DNA of 64,000 bases, taken from the NCBI RefSeq assembly GCF_902713615.1, contig NC_052154.1, positions 159,318,754 through 159,382,753 on the forward strand. The letters run 5' to 3'. The stretch's first letter is position 1. Every line of letters begins with the position of its first letter. Shown here piece after piece: positions 37,001 through 46,085 of the stretch. The position numbers and the translations under genes were made by a program. Under the pieces are notes generated by a model that made no database searches, had not been told where the DNA came from, and saw nothing but the letters and a program-made list of their open reading frames with translations. This DNA is from Scyliorhinus canicula (Eukaryota).

Positions 37001-38173
37001 GTTACATCTTCGAAGAACTCTGGCAAATTAGTCAAACATGACTTACCCTGCATAAAACCATGCTGACTCGGATGGATTTTCTTCTGACTTTCCAAATGCC
37101 CTGTTATTACTTCCTTAATAATGGATTCCAACAATTTCCCAATGACATGTTCAACTAACTGGTCTATGGTTTCCTACATTCTGCCTCACTCTCTTTTTGA
37201 ATAAAGGCTTTAAATTAGCATTTTTCCAATCCATTGGAACCTTTCCCGCATCCAGGGAATTTTGGATTATAACTATTAATTCCACTATCTCTGCTGGCAC
37301 TTCTTTCAAGACCCTTGGATGAAGGTCATCTGGCTCGGGGGACTTGTCTGCCCTCAGTCTGCCCTCAATCCCAATAATATGTTCGGAATTTTTTTTGCTA
37401 TTGATGAGGATTGTTCTCAAGTTCCTCCCAAGAACACCAACCTCCCCACCCGAAGACTCATTAGGTCGGGTCAGCGCAGGTCTCCCACCAAGCACAGGCA
37501 CCATGCTGGCATCAGGGTGACCCAAGGCAGCGGCACACTGGCTAACACTGCATCCTCACAGCACCAGGGCCCCGGGTTCAATGCCAGCCTCAGGTCACCG
37601 TCTGTGTGGAGTTTGCACGCTCTCGCCATGTCGGTGTGGGTTTCCTCCGGGTGCTCCGGTTTCCTCCCACAGCCCAAAGATGTACAGGTTTGGACTGATC
37701 AATGCGTGTGGTTACGGGACATGGCGGGAGGGTGGGACGAGGTAGGGTGCTCTTTCAGAGGGCCTGTGCAGAAGCGATGGGCCGAATAGTCTCCTTCTGC
37801 ACTGTAGGGATTGTAGACGATCCCAAAGTGAGTTCTCCCCGGCGCAAATCCGGTTATAGCCCTCTCACGATCTGCGTCCACAGCGAACATGGACATTGCC
37901 CCCTTGTTTTTTTGGAGTGAAGCTACTTCGTCACAAAAAAGTCAGGAACAATGAATTTACATTTGATCTAAACTGCATTGACTTGCAATCCGAAAAGGTA
38001 CATCAGGATGCGGGAGGGTCGGCTCTGCTCCAATGTCCATTTACACCTGCGGAAACATCCACGACCAAACCCAGCTTCACACCAGCCGCTCCCGCCGCCC
38101 GTCCTTTACCTGAAAACCGTGCCAGAGTCACCAGCGCCACCAGAAGCGGCCACGAGTTCCCGGTCCGGCCCAT
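3075..38173 (-). CDS. Multi-exon Ig-superfamily membrane protein, B7/NCR3LG1 (B7-H6)-like: SP-IgV-IgC1-TM-(C1-like Ig)x3, 3' end not located. Exons: 38110-38173, 31136-31498, 30398-30718, 14143-14259, 12372-12806, 4464-4841, 3075-3386
   Basis: Seven minus-strand exons (64+363+321+117+435+378+312 = 1990 nt) each bounded by AG/GT. All introns are phase 1 and the spliced frame is open. V-C1-TM with one Ig domain per phase-1 exon is typical of the B7 family. The NCR3LG1-like assignment is from recalled motif similarity and has not been searched. Confidence 0.88.
4163..4264. repeat. 51-bp tandem duplication (2 copies)
   Basis: ACCTACCACCTTATCCAAGATCTTATAAACCT... starts at 4163 and again at 4214. 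Confidence 0.95.
4464..4841 (-). CDS. Exon 6: second post-TM C1-like Ig domain ([31 protein letters not shown]...YICEVKH)
   Basis: Acceptor ...TTTTTCATAAAAACAAAG, donor AAG|GTATTG, 378 nt. Both Cys and the Trp are present. Confidence 0.9.
5110..5310 (-). mobile_element. tRNA-derived SINE with CR1-like tail (HE1-like), partial
   Basis: Shares the core CCAATCCACCTAACCTGCACATCTTTGGACTGTGGGAGGAAACCGG with many copies in the window. Confidence 0.85.
5612..6083 (+). mobile_element. CR1 LINE 3' fragment
   Basis: ORF 5740-6084 reads [33 protein letters not shown], followed by the CR1 3' tail. Confidence 0.92.
6084..6780 (-). mobile_element. CR1 LINE 3' fragment, tail-to-tail with the preceding copy
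   Basis: ORF 6208-6579 reads [26 protein letters not shown]. The tail begins immediately at the end of the + strand copy. Confidence 0.92.
7513..7843. repeat. Near-perfect long inverted repeat (164/162-bp arms, 5-nt loop)
   Basis: 7513-7676 is the reverse complement of 7682-7843 with 2 substitutions and one 2-nt indel. Confidence 0.97.
7845..7900 (+). mobile_element. Possible hAT (Charlie-like) transposon left end
   Basis: CAGAGATTGGCAACC...GGGCCACATGCGGC resembles hAT MITE termini. The other end was not identified. Confidence 0.4.
8571..8905 (-). mobile_element. Full-length tRNA-derived SINE (HE1-like) with (TTCTATG)n CR1-type tail
   Basis: tRNA-like head GGGCAGCACGGTAGCATGGTGGTTAGC...GGTTCGATTCCC. 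Near-identical copy at 18750-19073 on the + strand. Confidence 0.92.
9020..9285 (-). mobile_element. tRNA-derived SINE (second subfamily)
   Basis: Same head as above with a different tail. A similar copy lies at 31580-31860. Confidence 0.85.
9351..11671. mobile_element. PIF/Harbinger-like MITE expanded by internal G-rich tandem repeats
   Basis: 15-bp TIRs GG(T/G)CGGGATTCTCCG at 9351-9365 and 11657-11671. 3-bp TSD GAG at 9348-9350 and 11672-11674. Confidence 0.8.
9528..11395. repeat. Compound G/C-rich minisatellite: (GAGACCCGGCATTT-Gn)n, (GGTTGCGGCAT-Gn)n, (GGAGGAGGAAGGA-Gn)n, (GTGGGTACCGGC..)n and the inverted (Cn-ATGCCGCAACC)n
   Basis: Units are directly visible. They account for all the Pro/Gly-rich ORFs at 9325-11479. 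Confidence 0.95.
12024..12250 (-). mobile_element. Short A-tailed tRNA-derived SINE with 13-bp TSD
   Basis: TGGAAACCATTCT at 12011-12023 and 12251-12263. Confidence 0.92.
12372..12806 (-). CDS. Exon 5: first post-TM C1-like Ig domain ([29 protein letters not shown]...)
   Basis: Acceptor TTTTTCTTTTTAG, donor GAA|GTAAGT, 435 nt. B-strand Cys and C-strand Trp present. The F strand reads [10 protein letters not shown], without the canonical Cys. Confidence 0.9.
12921..13002. repeat. (TA)n-rich microsatellite
   Basis: Direct reading. It lies about 115 nt from the exon 5 acceptor. Confidence 0.95.
13150..14030 (+). mobile_element. L1-clade LINE ORF1 remnant (no ORF2)
   Basis: [31 protein letters not shown] and [10 protein letters not shown] are L1 ORF1 (RRM/CTD) motifs. 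Disrupted by stops. Confidence 0.85.
14143..14259 (-). CDS. Exon 4: transmembrane exon ([39 protein letters not shown])
   Basis: Acceptor TTTATTTTATCTACAG, donor AAAAAAG|GTAAAA, 117 nt, phase 1/1. About 25 uncharged hydrophobic residues followed by a basic KYLKK stop-transfer. Too short for the ORF track, so read manually. Confidence 0.88.
15618..17468. mobile_element. Harbinger-like MITE interrupted by a CR1 insertion
   Basis: Left end GGGCGCGATT at 15618, right end GATTGCGCCG at 17468. Flanks TAT/GAT form an imperfect 3-bp TSD. Confidence 0.55.
15980..17345 (-). mobile_element. CR1 LINE internal ORF2 fragment
   Basis: ORF 15802-16455 reads [23 protein letters not shown] and KFAEDTK. Also [13 protein letters not shown]. 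Confidence 0.92.
18750..19073 (+). mobile_element. Full-length HE1-like SINE inserted in the L1 5' region
   Basis: Near-identical to 8571-8905, with a (GTTCTAT)n tail. Confidence 0.92.
21221..21560 (+). mobile_element. Deu-domain SINE (SacSINE1/AmnSINE-like)
   Basis: Core CATCTAGTTCACTAATGTCCTTT...CTGCCATCCTTTACCTGG..GGCCTACATGTAACTCCAG recalled as the DeuSINE central domain. A second copy lies at 34720-35075 (-). Confidence 0.75.
22477..27103 (+). mobile_element. Younger near-full-length L1/Tx1-clade LINE (ORF1 internally deleted, ORF2 frameshifted)
   Basis: EN ([12 protein letters not shown]; GEDFN), RT ORF 24109-25308 ([40 protein letters not shown]), C-terminal HMFW.CP, A-rich tail. Degenerate 12-bp TSD AAG(TT/AC)TTACAAC. 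Confidence 0.95.
27148..27182 (-). ncRNA. Second hammerhead motif on the opposite strand, with a degenerate stem II
   Basis: Reverse complement reads CAC-CUGAGGA-A-GGACAAGUGUUCC-GAAA-GCUA-GUG. There are three substitutions in stem II. Confidence 0.5.
27193..27227 (+). ncRNA. Minimal type I hammerhead ribozyme motif
   Basis: CAC-CUGAGGA-A-GGAGC(AGU)GCUCC-GAAA-GC-UA^-GUG: catalytic core boxes, 5-bp stem II, 3-bp stem I (CAC/GUG), predicted cleavage after A27224. Confidence 0.75.
28065..28655 (+). mobile_element. Degenerate CR1 LINE 3' fragment
   Basis: [32 protein letters not shown]. Confidence 0.85.
28800..29535 (+). mobile_element. Tx1-like LINE 3' end (ORF2 C-terminal zinc-knuckle region, 3' UTR, A-tail)
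   Basis: ETV.FLVECAF and [10 protein letters not shown] motifs. AATAAA followed by an A-rich end at about 29530. Confidence 0.7.
30398..30718 (-). CDS. Exon 3: IgC1-set domain
   Basis: Acceptor TTCACAG, donor AAG|GTAAGT, 321 nt. Motifs [23 protein letters not shown] and YICYVNH are canonical C1-set. Confidence 0.95.
31136..31498 (-). CDS. Exon 2: IgV-set domain
   Basis: Acceptor ATTGCAG, donor G|GTAAGA, 363 nt. B-strand Cys (VLLEC), C-strand Trp (VQW), F-strand EEGDYTC. Confidence 0.95.
31580..31860 (-). mobile_element. tRNA-derived SINE next to the exon 2 acceptor
   Basis: Similar to 9020-9285. Confidence 0.85.
32570..33490 (+). mobile_element. L1-clade 3' fragment (ORF2 C-terminus and 3' UTR)
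   Basis: [26 protein letters not shown] matches the minus-strand L1 at 59526-59708. Confidence 0.88.
34110..34285 (-). mobile_element. Short tRNA-derived SINE
   Basis: Same family as 2525-2695. Confidence 0.85.
34720..35075 (-). mobile_element. Deu-domain SINE
   Basis: Reverse complement resembles 21221-21560. Confidence 0.75.
35327..35553 (+). mobile_element. Short poly(A)-tailed tRNA-derived SINE with 15-bp TSD
   Basis: AAGAAAGCCATAACA at 35312-35326 and 35554-35568. Confidence 0.93.
35930..36112 (-). mobile_element. Short tRNA-derived SINE inside CR1
   Basis: Same family as 2525-2695. Confidence 0.85.
37530..37815 (+). mobile_element. HE1-like SINE in intron 1
   Basis: Head GGCAGCGGCAC..., core GGTTTCCTCCGGGTGCTCCGGTTTCCTCCCACAG, CR1-like tail. 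Confidence 0.8.
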
Positions 38174-38340
38174 GGCGCCCCCCTCTCCCGGTCCCGGGCT
38201 TCTCTCGCTAGGGCCCAGAATCAGGAAGCTCCTCTGCCTCGCCCAAGTTTCACTTTTGCCGGGCACGGCCGCCGGCGGCTGGGGAGCTGCGCGCGCACCC
38301 TCTGCTTGCAGCCTCCACCACTGGAGAATGGGAAAGAAAA
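38050..38340 (-). promoter_or_regulatory. CpG-rich island over exon 1/5' UTR; probable promoter region
   Basis: Local GC- and CpG-rich non-repetitive patch in AT-rich flanks, overlapping the start codon. The TSS cannot be determined from sequence. Confidence 0.6.
38110..38173 (-). CDS. Exon 1: start codon and signal peptide ([21 protein letters not shown])
   Basis: ATG in a strong Kozak context (GGCGCCATGG), hydrophobic core LLVALVTLA, donor CAG|GTAAAG after 21 codons + 1 nt, inside a GC/CpG-rich island. Confidence 0.85.
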
Positions 38341-38659
38341 CTTGGTCGATGTGAATCCCCAAGCCATCATCACCACAAAATAAAACACAGATCAAGCATA
38401 CTAATAAACACTATATAACATATCCGTTTCAATAAGAATATGTACAGTTCTCTATAATTCCTCTAGCGTGAAACAACACAATTTAAATCTATTTAAACAA
38501 AATGAACCAAACAACCTAAAGAGGTAGAAGTCCTTCAAGTTTATTTTTAATGTGTTCCATCAGATTAGACCATCTGTACTTCAGCTCACGCTATACGCCT
38601 TTCAAAGTGGAAGGTGATTTACTCCTTGAGAGAACAAGTTAAATCTGATAGCAGGAACA

Positions 38660-39165
38660 ACACAGTTGTCAGCACTGCTACCTCATCGCTCCAGGATCCC
38701 AGGTTAAATTCCAGCTTTGGGTGACCGTGTGGAATTTGCACTTCCTCCCTGTGTGTGGGTTTCCTCGGGTGCTCCAGTTTCCTCCCAGAGTCCAAAGATG
38801 TGCAGGTGGATTGGCCATGTGTAAAAAGTTCACAGAGGCAGAAGTCCCTTCACCAGAATTCCTTTTATTTACAAAACCAACAGTTGAACAACCATATGCA
38901 TTCCTCTTGCTGTCTACACTGGGAGCACAGAGGAGCTAACACTCCCTATTATATACAGAAAAAGAGGTTTCCTGATTGGGCCACTAATCAAGGAACTTGT
39001 ATTCGAATTGGCCAATCTCAAAGACCTGGCCTACATCATTACAACATGCTAAAATTGAGCTGTAAATTAGGTGGGGTTACGAGTGCGGGAGTGTGTTGAG
39101 CTTAAGGGGCTTTTTAGAGTGTCATTGCAGAGCTCATGGGCTGAATGGCCTCCTTCTGCAATGTG
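38660..39165 (+). mobile_element. Old HE1-like SINE split by an insertion of about 220 bp
   Basis: The core ends GGATTGGCCATG at about 38818 and resumes ATGCTAAAATTG at about 39046. Confidence 0.65.
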
Positions 39166-39719
39166 GGGATTCTATAATTCTAGGAATCAGAAAACTGCTG
39201 ATGGCACAGAAAGATGCCAGCCACTTGGCTCATCGTTCCTGCAGTGTGGCAATGTGTCATTTTTTGGATATTATATTGATGCCTGGCCCTAGCTGTCTGT
39301 GGATTCAAAAGATCATATGACACTTTTTAAAGATAAGGAAAACTGTAAACATAGATCTTATCCAGAGATAAGAACAGGTCATGGACATAAATGTACATTT
39401 AGCCAATTGATGACAAATTTGTTTTGCTGCCCAGTCAAAGGAAGATACTTCTTCCATGATAAAGTAACATTAGGATCAACTGTTGATTCCTCCATTTCGG
39501 ACATAGTTGATATAGTTATGCTGGACAAAGGGAAGCAGGTAGTTTATACATACTAAACAGGCGATATTTAATGCAAGTGCATAATATTTTTGTATATTAT
39601 CAATGAAAGCTTTATTTGCACATGATCAGATACAAGTAATCTCTTATGTGGAACTTTTCATTGTCAATGCCCTGATTCTTACAAAGCATGCATCCTGTTA
39701 TGGTAACATATTACACAAG

Positions 39720-40157
39720 GGGCGGGATTCCCCCCCTACCCGGCGGAGTGGGGGTCCCGGCGGGACGGAGTGGCGTGAACCACTCTGGCGTTGGGCCGCC
39801 TCAAAGGTGCGGATTCCTCTGCACCTTTAGGGGCTAGGCCCGTCCCGGAGTGGTTGGCGCCCTGCCGGCTGTCATGGAAGGCCATTGGCGCCATGCTAGC
39901 CGGGGCCGAAGGGATCGCTCCCCAGGGCTCCAGAGCCCGCCCGTGCCACCAGGTCCCACCGGTAAGGGACCTGGTTCAATTCACGGTGGTGAGACTGGCA
40001 TAGAAGTAGCGGGACTTCAGCCCATCGCGGGCCGGAGAATCGCCGGGCGGGAACCCGCCGACCGGCATGGCGCATTTCCCGCCCCTGCCGAATCTCCAGT
40101 GCTGGAGTTTTGGGGCGGGATTCACGCCCCCCCCCCCCCCCCCAGAGAATCCCACTC
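39720..40157. mobile_element. Harbinger-like MITE
   Basis: TIRs GGGCGGGATTC / GAATCCCACTC. 3-bp TSD AAG at 39717-39719 and 40158-40160. Confidence 0.78.
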
Positions 40158-40339
40158 AAGATGTCTTGAACCCAGTGGTAGCTGCCCCAGGTCCAGGCAG
40201 TAATAAATGGCATGTATGGTGCCTTGCATGCACTGGAGCATCAGGGAGTTTCCTATATCAACAGAAGGGGTTCCACTCCCTGAACGTCCAATTTGTGTGC
40301 AACCACCACATGAAGGTAATGCAAGGAAGGTGAATGGAG

Positions 40340-41250
40340 TGTTTGAAACCTTCTTACATGGGCTGTACAGATTGGAACCCCTGGGGGGGAACTCAGGTAT
40401 GAAGCAGTTTCCACCTTCTACCGGCCTCCAAGCCCCCCAACGGGGAGGCAGGGATGAAACAGACTAGAATTACCAGTTATGGGGGAAGACAGAAGTGCGG
40501 GGGAGCTGGAAGCACCAATAGACCTGGGAGAAATTATGGAGAGCCTCAGCTCCATGCAGGCAGGGAAGCCAACGGGTTCCCGGCAGACTTCTCCAAATAA
40601 AACTCTTCCTCCACAAAGAGAAAGTAGGGTAGCCCAGGACCCAGAAAACACACTACTAGAGGACCTGATAGGCACAAGCAGTGAGAAAGGGGGGCTATGT
40701 GGAAAAATATACAAACAACTACTGGACAGAGCTCAACACCATTAAACAAGACCAGACAATAATGGGAGGACGAACTGGGGACAGAGGTAGGGTGGGGACT
40801 TTGGAGTGAAGCACTGAGTAGGGCTAACTCCACCTCCTCCTGCGCAAGGCTAAGCCTAATGTAGCTCAAAGTGGTGCACAGAGCGTACCTGACCAGAATC
40901 TGAATGAGCAGATTCTTCCCAGAGCTAGAGGATAAATCTGAATGGTGCCATGCACACCCACATGTTTTGGGCTTGCCCCAAACTTGCTGGGTTCTGGACA
41001 GCCTTCTCCGAGGCAATGTCCAAGGTTGTGGAGGTAAGGGTGAAGCCATGCCCAATAGTGGCAATCTTCGGGGTATCGGAGCAGCCAGAGTTACACATGG
41101 GGAAGGGGGCTAACACCCTTGCTTTCGCTTCCCTAATCACACGCCGAAGAATCCTGCTCGGCTGGCGATCGGCAGCACCACCCACGGCTGCAGGCTGGCT
41201 CGTTGATCTCTCGGAATTTCTCCACCTGGAGAAGATTAAGTACACAATCT
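40340..41250 (+). mobile_element. L1-clade ORF2 fragments with internal deletions
   Basis: PIDLGEIMESLSSMQAGK, HTHMFWACPKL and [21 protein letters not shown]. Confidence 0.85.
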
Positions 41251-42049
41251 GAGAGTCGTGCTTATTTAAACAGTTGCATAATTTTCAAGACTCACAGCTT
41301 GGATCAAAATATACTACCTGATTAGAGAGCGCATGGCCAAGTTCACTCTTGAGGGGTGTGTGCTGATGGGCCTTGAAGTTTAGGTCTGAGCGTACGACCG
41401 TCGATCCTAGGTTATCATTGGTCATATATCAATGGTACCATATTTTATATGGTTTCAATTAAATAATCCTTCCAGCTCCAGATGTCACCGAGCTTTTCCT
41501 TCACTTTCTATTACTAAGGATGTTATACTCAATGTCATCCGAGACTGACCTCCATGTTCCGAAAACAAGGGTGTTATCAGCGATTTTATTGTCCCTGGTT
41601 CTCATGAAATCCATTTTGTAGCGAGCTGCAGCTTTCTCTCACAGACGAGTCTATTGGCATCTTTACCACGCTGCTTCATGGGCCATTGTCCTCTTTAACC
41701 ATCATGCCTTTTGGCTCAATGTTGGCAATTGTCCCACTCAGCATGCCCTCCTGTTGATCCACTGAATTGGACAAAGTGGATCACAAAGGACTCTAGCTGG
41801 CCCCCTCCACCAGGCAGACACTAAAAATTCAAGCCGTGTTACAACTAATTATCACTTCTTAAAGCAATTACATATATATATATATATAATTATTGGCATC
41901 TAATTTTTGCATCAATTGTTCCCGTTTTTGTAAAAACAATTCCACCTCGAATTTCTTGTCCATCTTAACTTTCCAACACTTGAACATAATCATAATATAA
42001 GTTTGGTACAACAAAATAATAAGCATGGCTGTTATTATTAAATGCGATT

Positions 42050-43043
42050 AAAGAAACTGGACCAAAACTAATTCAGAACCTTTTGAATAAGTCTGCAGAC
42101 CCCATAAGGTGGAAGGCATATGACGGCAGTCACCGAAATGGACACACCGTTTACTATCCGGGCCAGAGAGACCTACGTGATATTTACAACGGTATTAACA
42201 TGAAATACCTGACCCAGGATGAGAGGCTGGATGCTCTTTTAACATTAAAACACACAGTCAAGGAACATGACTGTAAGTTCACGCAAGAAATTGTGGAATT
42301 GATTGACAGAGAGGTAGATCTTCTGCTAAGGCAAGTAAAGGAATATTACCTGGAAGGATAGACAGAGAATATTGACACTCTTTCTTCAGTATATCAAAAC
42401 ACCAACATTTAACCCAGAAGTTGCCAGATTCCTTCAGGTTCCACAGGATCCAATGCAACTGCGCAAAAATGTTCATTTCTGTTCAAGTTGTGGAAGTTAT
42501 TTACCATCCACGGAGTTCCCCTTGTCACTAACTTCACAGACGCTTCGAATGTGCCGACAGTGCTTTAAGGTGAATAATGAAGCTCGCCGCCGTGAAGAAG
42601 CAACCATGTACCAACTGATCCTGAAGCGGCTGAGAAAAACCGAGGCAAATTTTCAAGATAGCTCACAGCTGGCATTCTTATTACAGGAACACGATTTGAA
42701 ACATCTGGTTGACAGTATTTGGGGTACGCAGTCTGCGATGAGTGCTTCGAACAATCTGAAAGATCTTACAATGATAAGGTGGGATAAAAGGTTTGAGTGG
42801 TGACCATGGAACTGCATCCCCCTGACAGAAGAGGAAGCTGTGGCTCATCTTAAAATTAGCAACACTGAAAAGAATTATGAAGCCACATTTATTCGCAGGA
42901 TTAAGCACCGACACACTTCGGGAAAGACCTATTTTTCTCGGAGTCCTGAAATAGTGAATTATGCACGCACTTGCTTGATGCAAGACTTGACTTCCAAGAA
43001 TGACCTCGTTCATTTCGTGCTAAACAGAAGTCGTAGTTGTTAG
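42050..43043 (+). pseudogene. IQUB: 5'-truncated processed pseudogene of IQ motif and ubiquitin-like domain-containing protein
   Basis: QDERLDALLTLKHTVKEHDCK.TQEI.ELIDREVDL, YIKTPTFNPEVA.FLQVPQDP, FCSSCGSYLPSTEF and W*PWNCIPLT.EEAVAHLK match the IQUB C-terminal region as recalled. Intronless, with frameshifts near 42129, 42170 and 42359 and a TGA at 42801-42803. Confidence 0.9.
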
Positions 43044-43779
43044 ACAACCATGTTTTAATATTTGATTTCAATTAAAAATGGCAAATTTGTTGAATAAAAT
43101 GTTGTAATGCTACTCCATTCCCTCATCATAGATTATTAACAAAACTTTCCAATTGGTATCTATATAGCTGATATTTTATTCCAAGCTCTTCGACGCAAAG
43201 AGAAGTGAACTAAAGTGTAACTGGAATCAAATTTGAACATTTTTTTGTATGACATCTTCTTCAATGTAATGGTATTAAAACCCACTATTTCCTCAATTAC
43301 AAGAGTAATTTCCACAGGAACGGAGCTGCAGACAGTATCTGGGATGGTATTCTCACAGGTAAAACAACAAAGCTTTCAATCATTTTGCTATGCACTGGAA
43401 ATAGCGTGGGCTACACACCATGAAATCCAGATGTCGTCACAGTGGTGAAAAACACTACCGTTTCATCTTAAAGCAAACAAAAGAATACAAGGTACATTTC
43501 CTGAGAAATAAAATTATACCCAAGCAAAAAAAAATTATTAAATGTGATTTAAATTGCTCCCATGGGTACAGCTGTGTATTTATTACCCAGTTCCAAATAT
43601 CATCCCAACAACTAGTTTCTGTAATTTAAATTGTGTCGGTTTTGATTACACTTACTTCTTGTAACACTTTCCGATACGTTATATGAGCATATTTAAGGTG
43701 CTTTATAATATATCTTAAAGTTTCTGGCTACAATTGTATATTTGTCACATATTTTTCCCAATAATCCTTAAATTCAGAT

Positions 43780-45010
43780 TCAATTTCTTCCGTGACATCA
43801 ATTCGCTCATGGTTTCACTACAGCCCTGTTTGAATTTTGTCCTTGTCTTACTGCCTACCACTTTTCTTATTCCCCCTTTCTACCTATCGGTGTTGTCCTT
43901 GCTCCCCCCTTCTCTGACTCCATACACAGTATGCAGTCTAAGGTGGCCTGCTCTCTAGTTGGTTCCTTCACATATTGGTCAAGAAAACCATCCCATATAC
44001 AGTCCAGGAATTCCTCCTCTATGTTACTATGGCTAATTTGATTTGCCCAATCTATGTACAGATTAAAATCACCCATGATCACAGATAGTTCCTTATCACA
44101 TGCATCTCTAATTTCCTGTTTAGTGCCATTCCCAACATCACCACTGAAGTTTGGGGGTCTATATATGATGCTCACTAGTGATTTTTGCCCCTTGGTATTT
44201 CTCAACTCTACAAATACAGACTCCACATTGTCAGAGCTAATATCCTTTCTCACTATTGTGTTAATTTCCTCTTTAACCAGCAAAGCCACTCCACTACCTT
44301 TTCCTTTTTGCCTGTATTGCCTATATACTGAATACCCTGGGACATTCAGTTCCCATCCCTGGTCACCCTGCAGCCATGTCTCCGTAATCCCAATCCGTAA
44401 TCCATAATCCCAATTATATCGTATCCACTTACATCTATTAGTTCATCCACTTTATTGCAAATGCTCCATGCGTTAAGGCACAAAGTCTTTAACTTTGTCT
44501 TTTTAAAATTGCTTGTCTTGCTCCCAATTTTTCACTACAGCCCTGTTTGAATTTTGTCCTTGTCTTACTGCCTACCACTTTTCTTATTCCCCCTTTCTAC
44601 CTATCGGTTTTGTCCTTGCTCCCTCCTTCTCTGACTCCTTACATAGGTTCCCATCCCCCTGGAATATTAGTTTAAACCCTCCCCAAATGCACTAGCAAAC
44701 ACTCCCCCTAGGACATCAGTCCCAGTCCTGCCCAGGTGTATCCTGTCCAATTTGTACAGGTCCTACCTCCCCCAGAACCGGTCCCAATGCCCCAGGAATC
44801 TGAAACCCTCCCACGACACCATCTCTTCAGCCATGTATTCATCCAATAGATCCTGTCAATTTCTACTCAGACTAGCACGTGGTACCGGTAGTAATCCTGA
44901 GATCACTACCTTGGAAGTCCAATTTCTTAAATTTCTTCCTAGGTCCCTGTACTCTGCTTTTAGAACCTCATTCCTTTTTTTTACCTATGGCGTTTGTACC
45001 GATGTGTTCC
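43780..45010 (-). mobile_element. CR1 LINE fragment (ORF1 end and APE endonuclease)
   Basis: ORF 43867-44289 reads VELRNTKG..IYRPPN..IMGDFN..FLDQYV.EPTR. Confidence 0.9.
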
Positions 45011-45749
45011 GACTAATGTTTTGCTCCTTCTCAAGGGGATGCAACAAATATAATATAATTCTCACACTTGTTCCAAATTCTTCTGGTCTATGCTTAAAAT
45101 ACCACATTGAACTGGTCTTGTTGAATTCCCACAAATTCATAATTAAATTTGTATAAATTAACATAATGCGATTTAGAACTAATCAGCTGTCTGCTGAAAT
45201 GGTTAATTTTCCTATAGAACCTAAGGGGGTGGAGAGTGGGCGGAGAATGATGTAGGCCATTGCATCATTTTACGTCATTTAAAAACTTATTTTGTTGTAT
45301 TCCTTCAATTTTTCACGAATTTCGGCTCTTTTTTTTTCTATTGTTTCCCTAACCAATTTTAATTTCCAATTCTTGCTTCCGAATCAAGTTACAAGAGATA
45401 TTTTTGGTGAAACTTTTTTTTAAACTGACCCTCAAAATTTCTTTTACAGCTTAAATATTTTGGAAGGCTGCCAAAAGTCGCCTTAACTTTTTGTTTTGAA
45501 ACAGACTTTCACACTTTGAAATTTGCCCTGCTTGTTTTGCCTCAAACCCAAACACAATCCTTCAGAATTTATTTTAAACAGAAACTCACAGCATTTTAAA
45601 TTAAATGATTTTTTGTTCCCTTTCCAAACTAATTCATTATCCACATCTTCCACATATCCCCTCGATTGCTCTGTCATCCAATTTCCATAAATACTGCAAA
45701 GCATTTGATTCTAATTCTGGCCTCAATCATTACCTTTCTCTTTTACTAC

Positions 45750-46085
45750 GGTAGCATTGTGGATAGCACAATGGCTTCACAGCTCCAGGGTCCCAGGTTC
45801 GATTCTGGCTTGGGTCACTGTCTGTGCGGAGTCTGCACATCCTCCCCGTGTGTGCGTGGGTTTCCTCCGGGTACTCCGGTTTCCTCCCACAGTCCAAAGA
45901 TGTGCAGGTTAGGTGGATTGGCCATGCTAAATTGCCCTTAGTGTCCAAAATTGCCCTTCGTGTTGGGTGGGGTTACTGGGTTATTGGGCTAGGAGGAGGT
46001 GTTGACCTTGGGTAGGGTGCTCTTTCCAAGAGCCAGTGCAGACTCGATGGGCCAAATGGCCTCCTTCTGCACTGTAAATTCTATG
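45750..46085 (+). mobile_element. Full-length HE1-like SINE
   Basis: tRNA-like head, shared core and CR1-like tail ending TTCTATGA. Confidence 0.9.

Larger units (their letters stand above)
34490..37330 (-). mobile_element. Fragmented CR1 LINE(s) interrupted by three SINEs
   Basis: [40 protein letters not shown] and [15 protein letters not shown] in ORFs 36102-37525. Confidence 0.88.

Noticed and set aside
37896-38354. 152-aa + strand ORF antisense to exon 1
   Set aside because: Non-ATG start, explained by the high GC content of the CpG island, with no recognisable domain.
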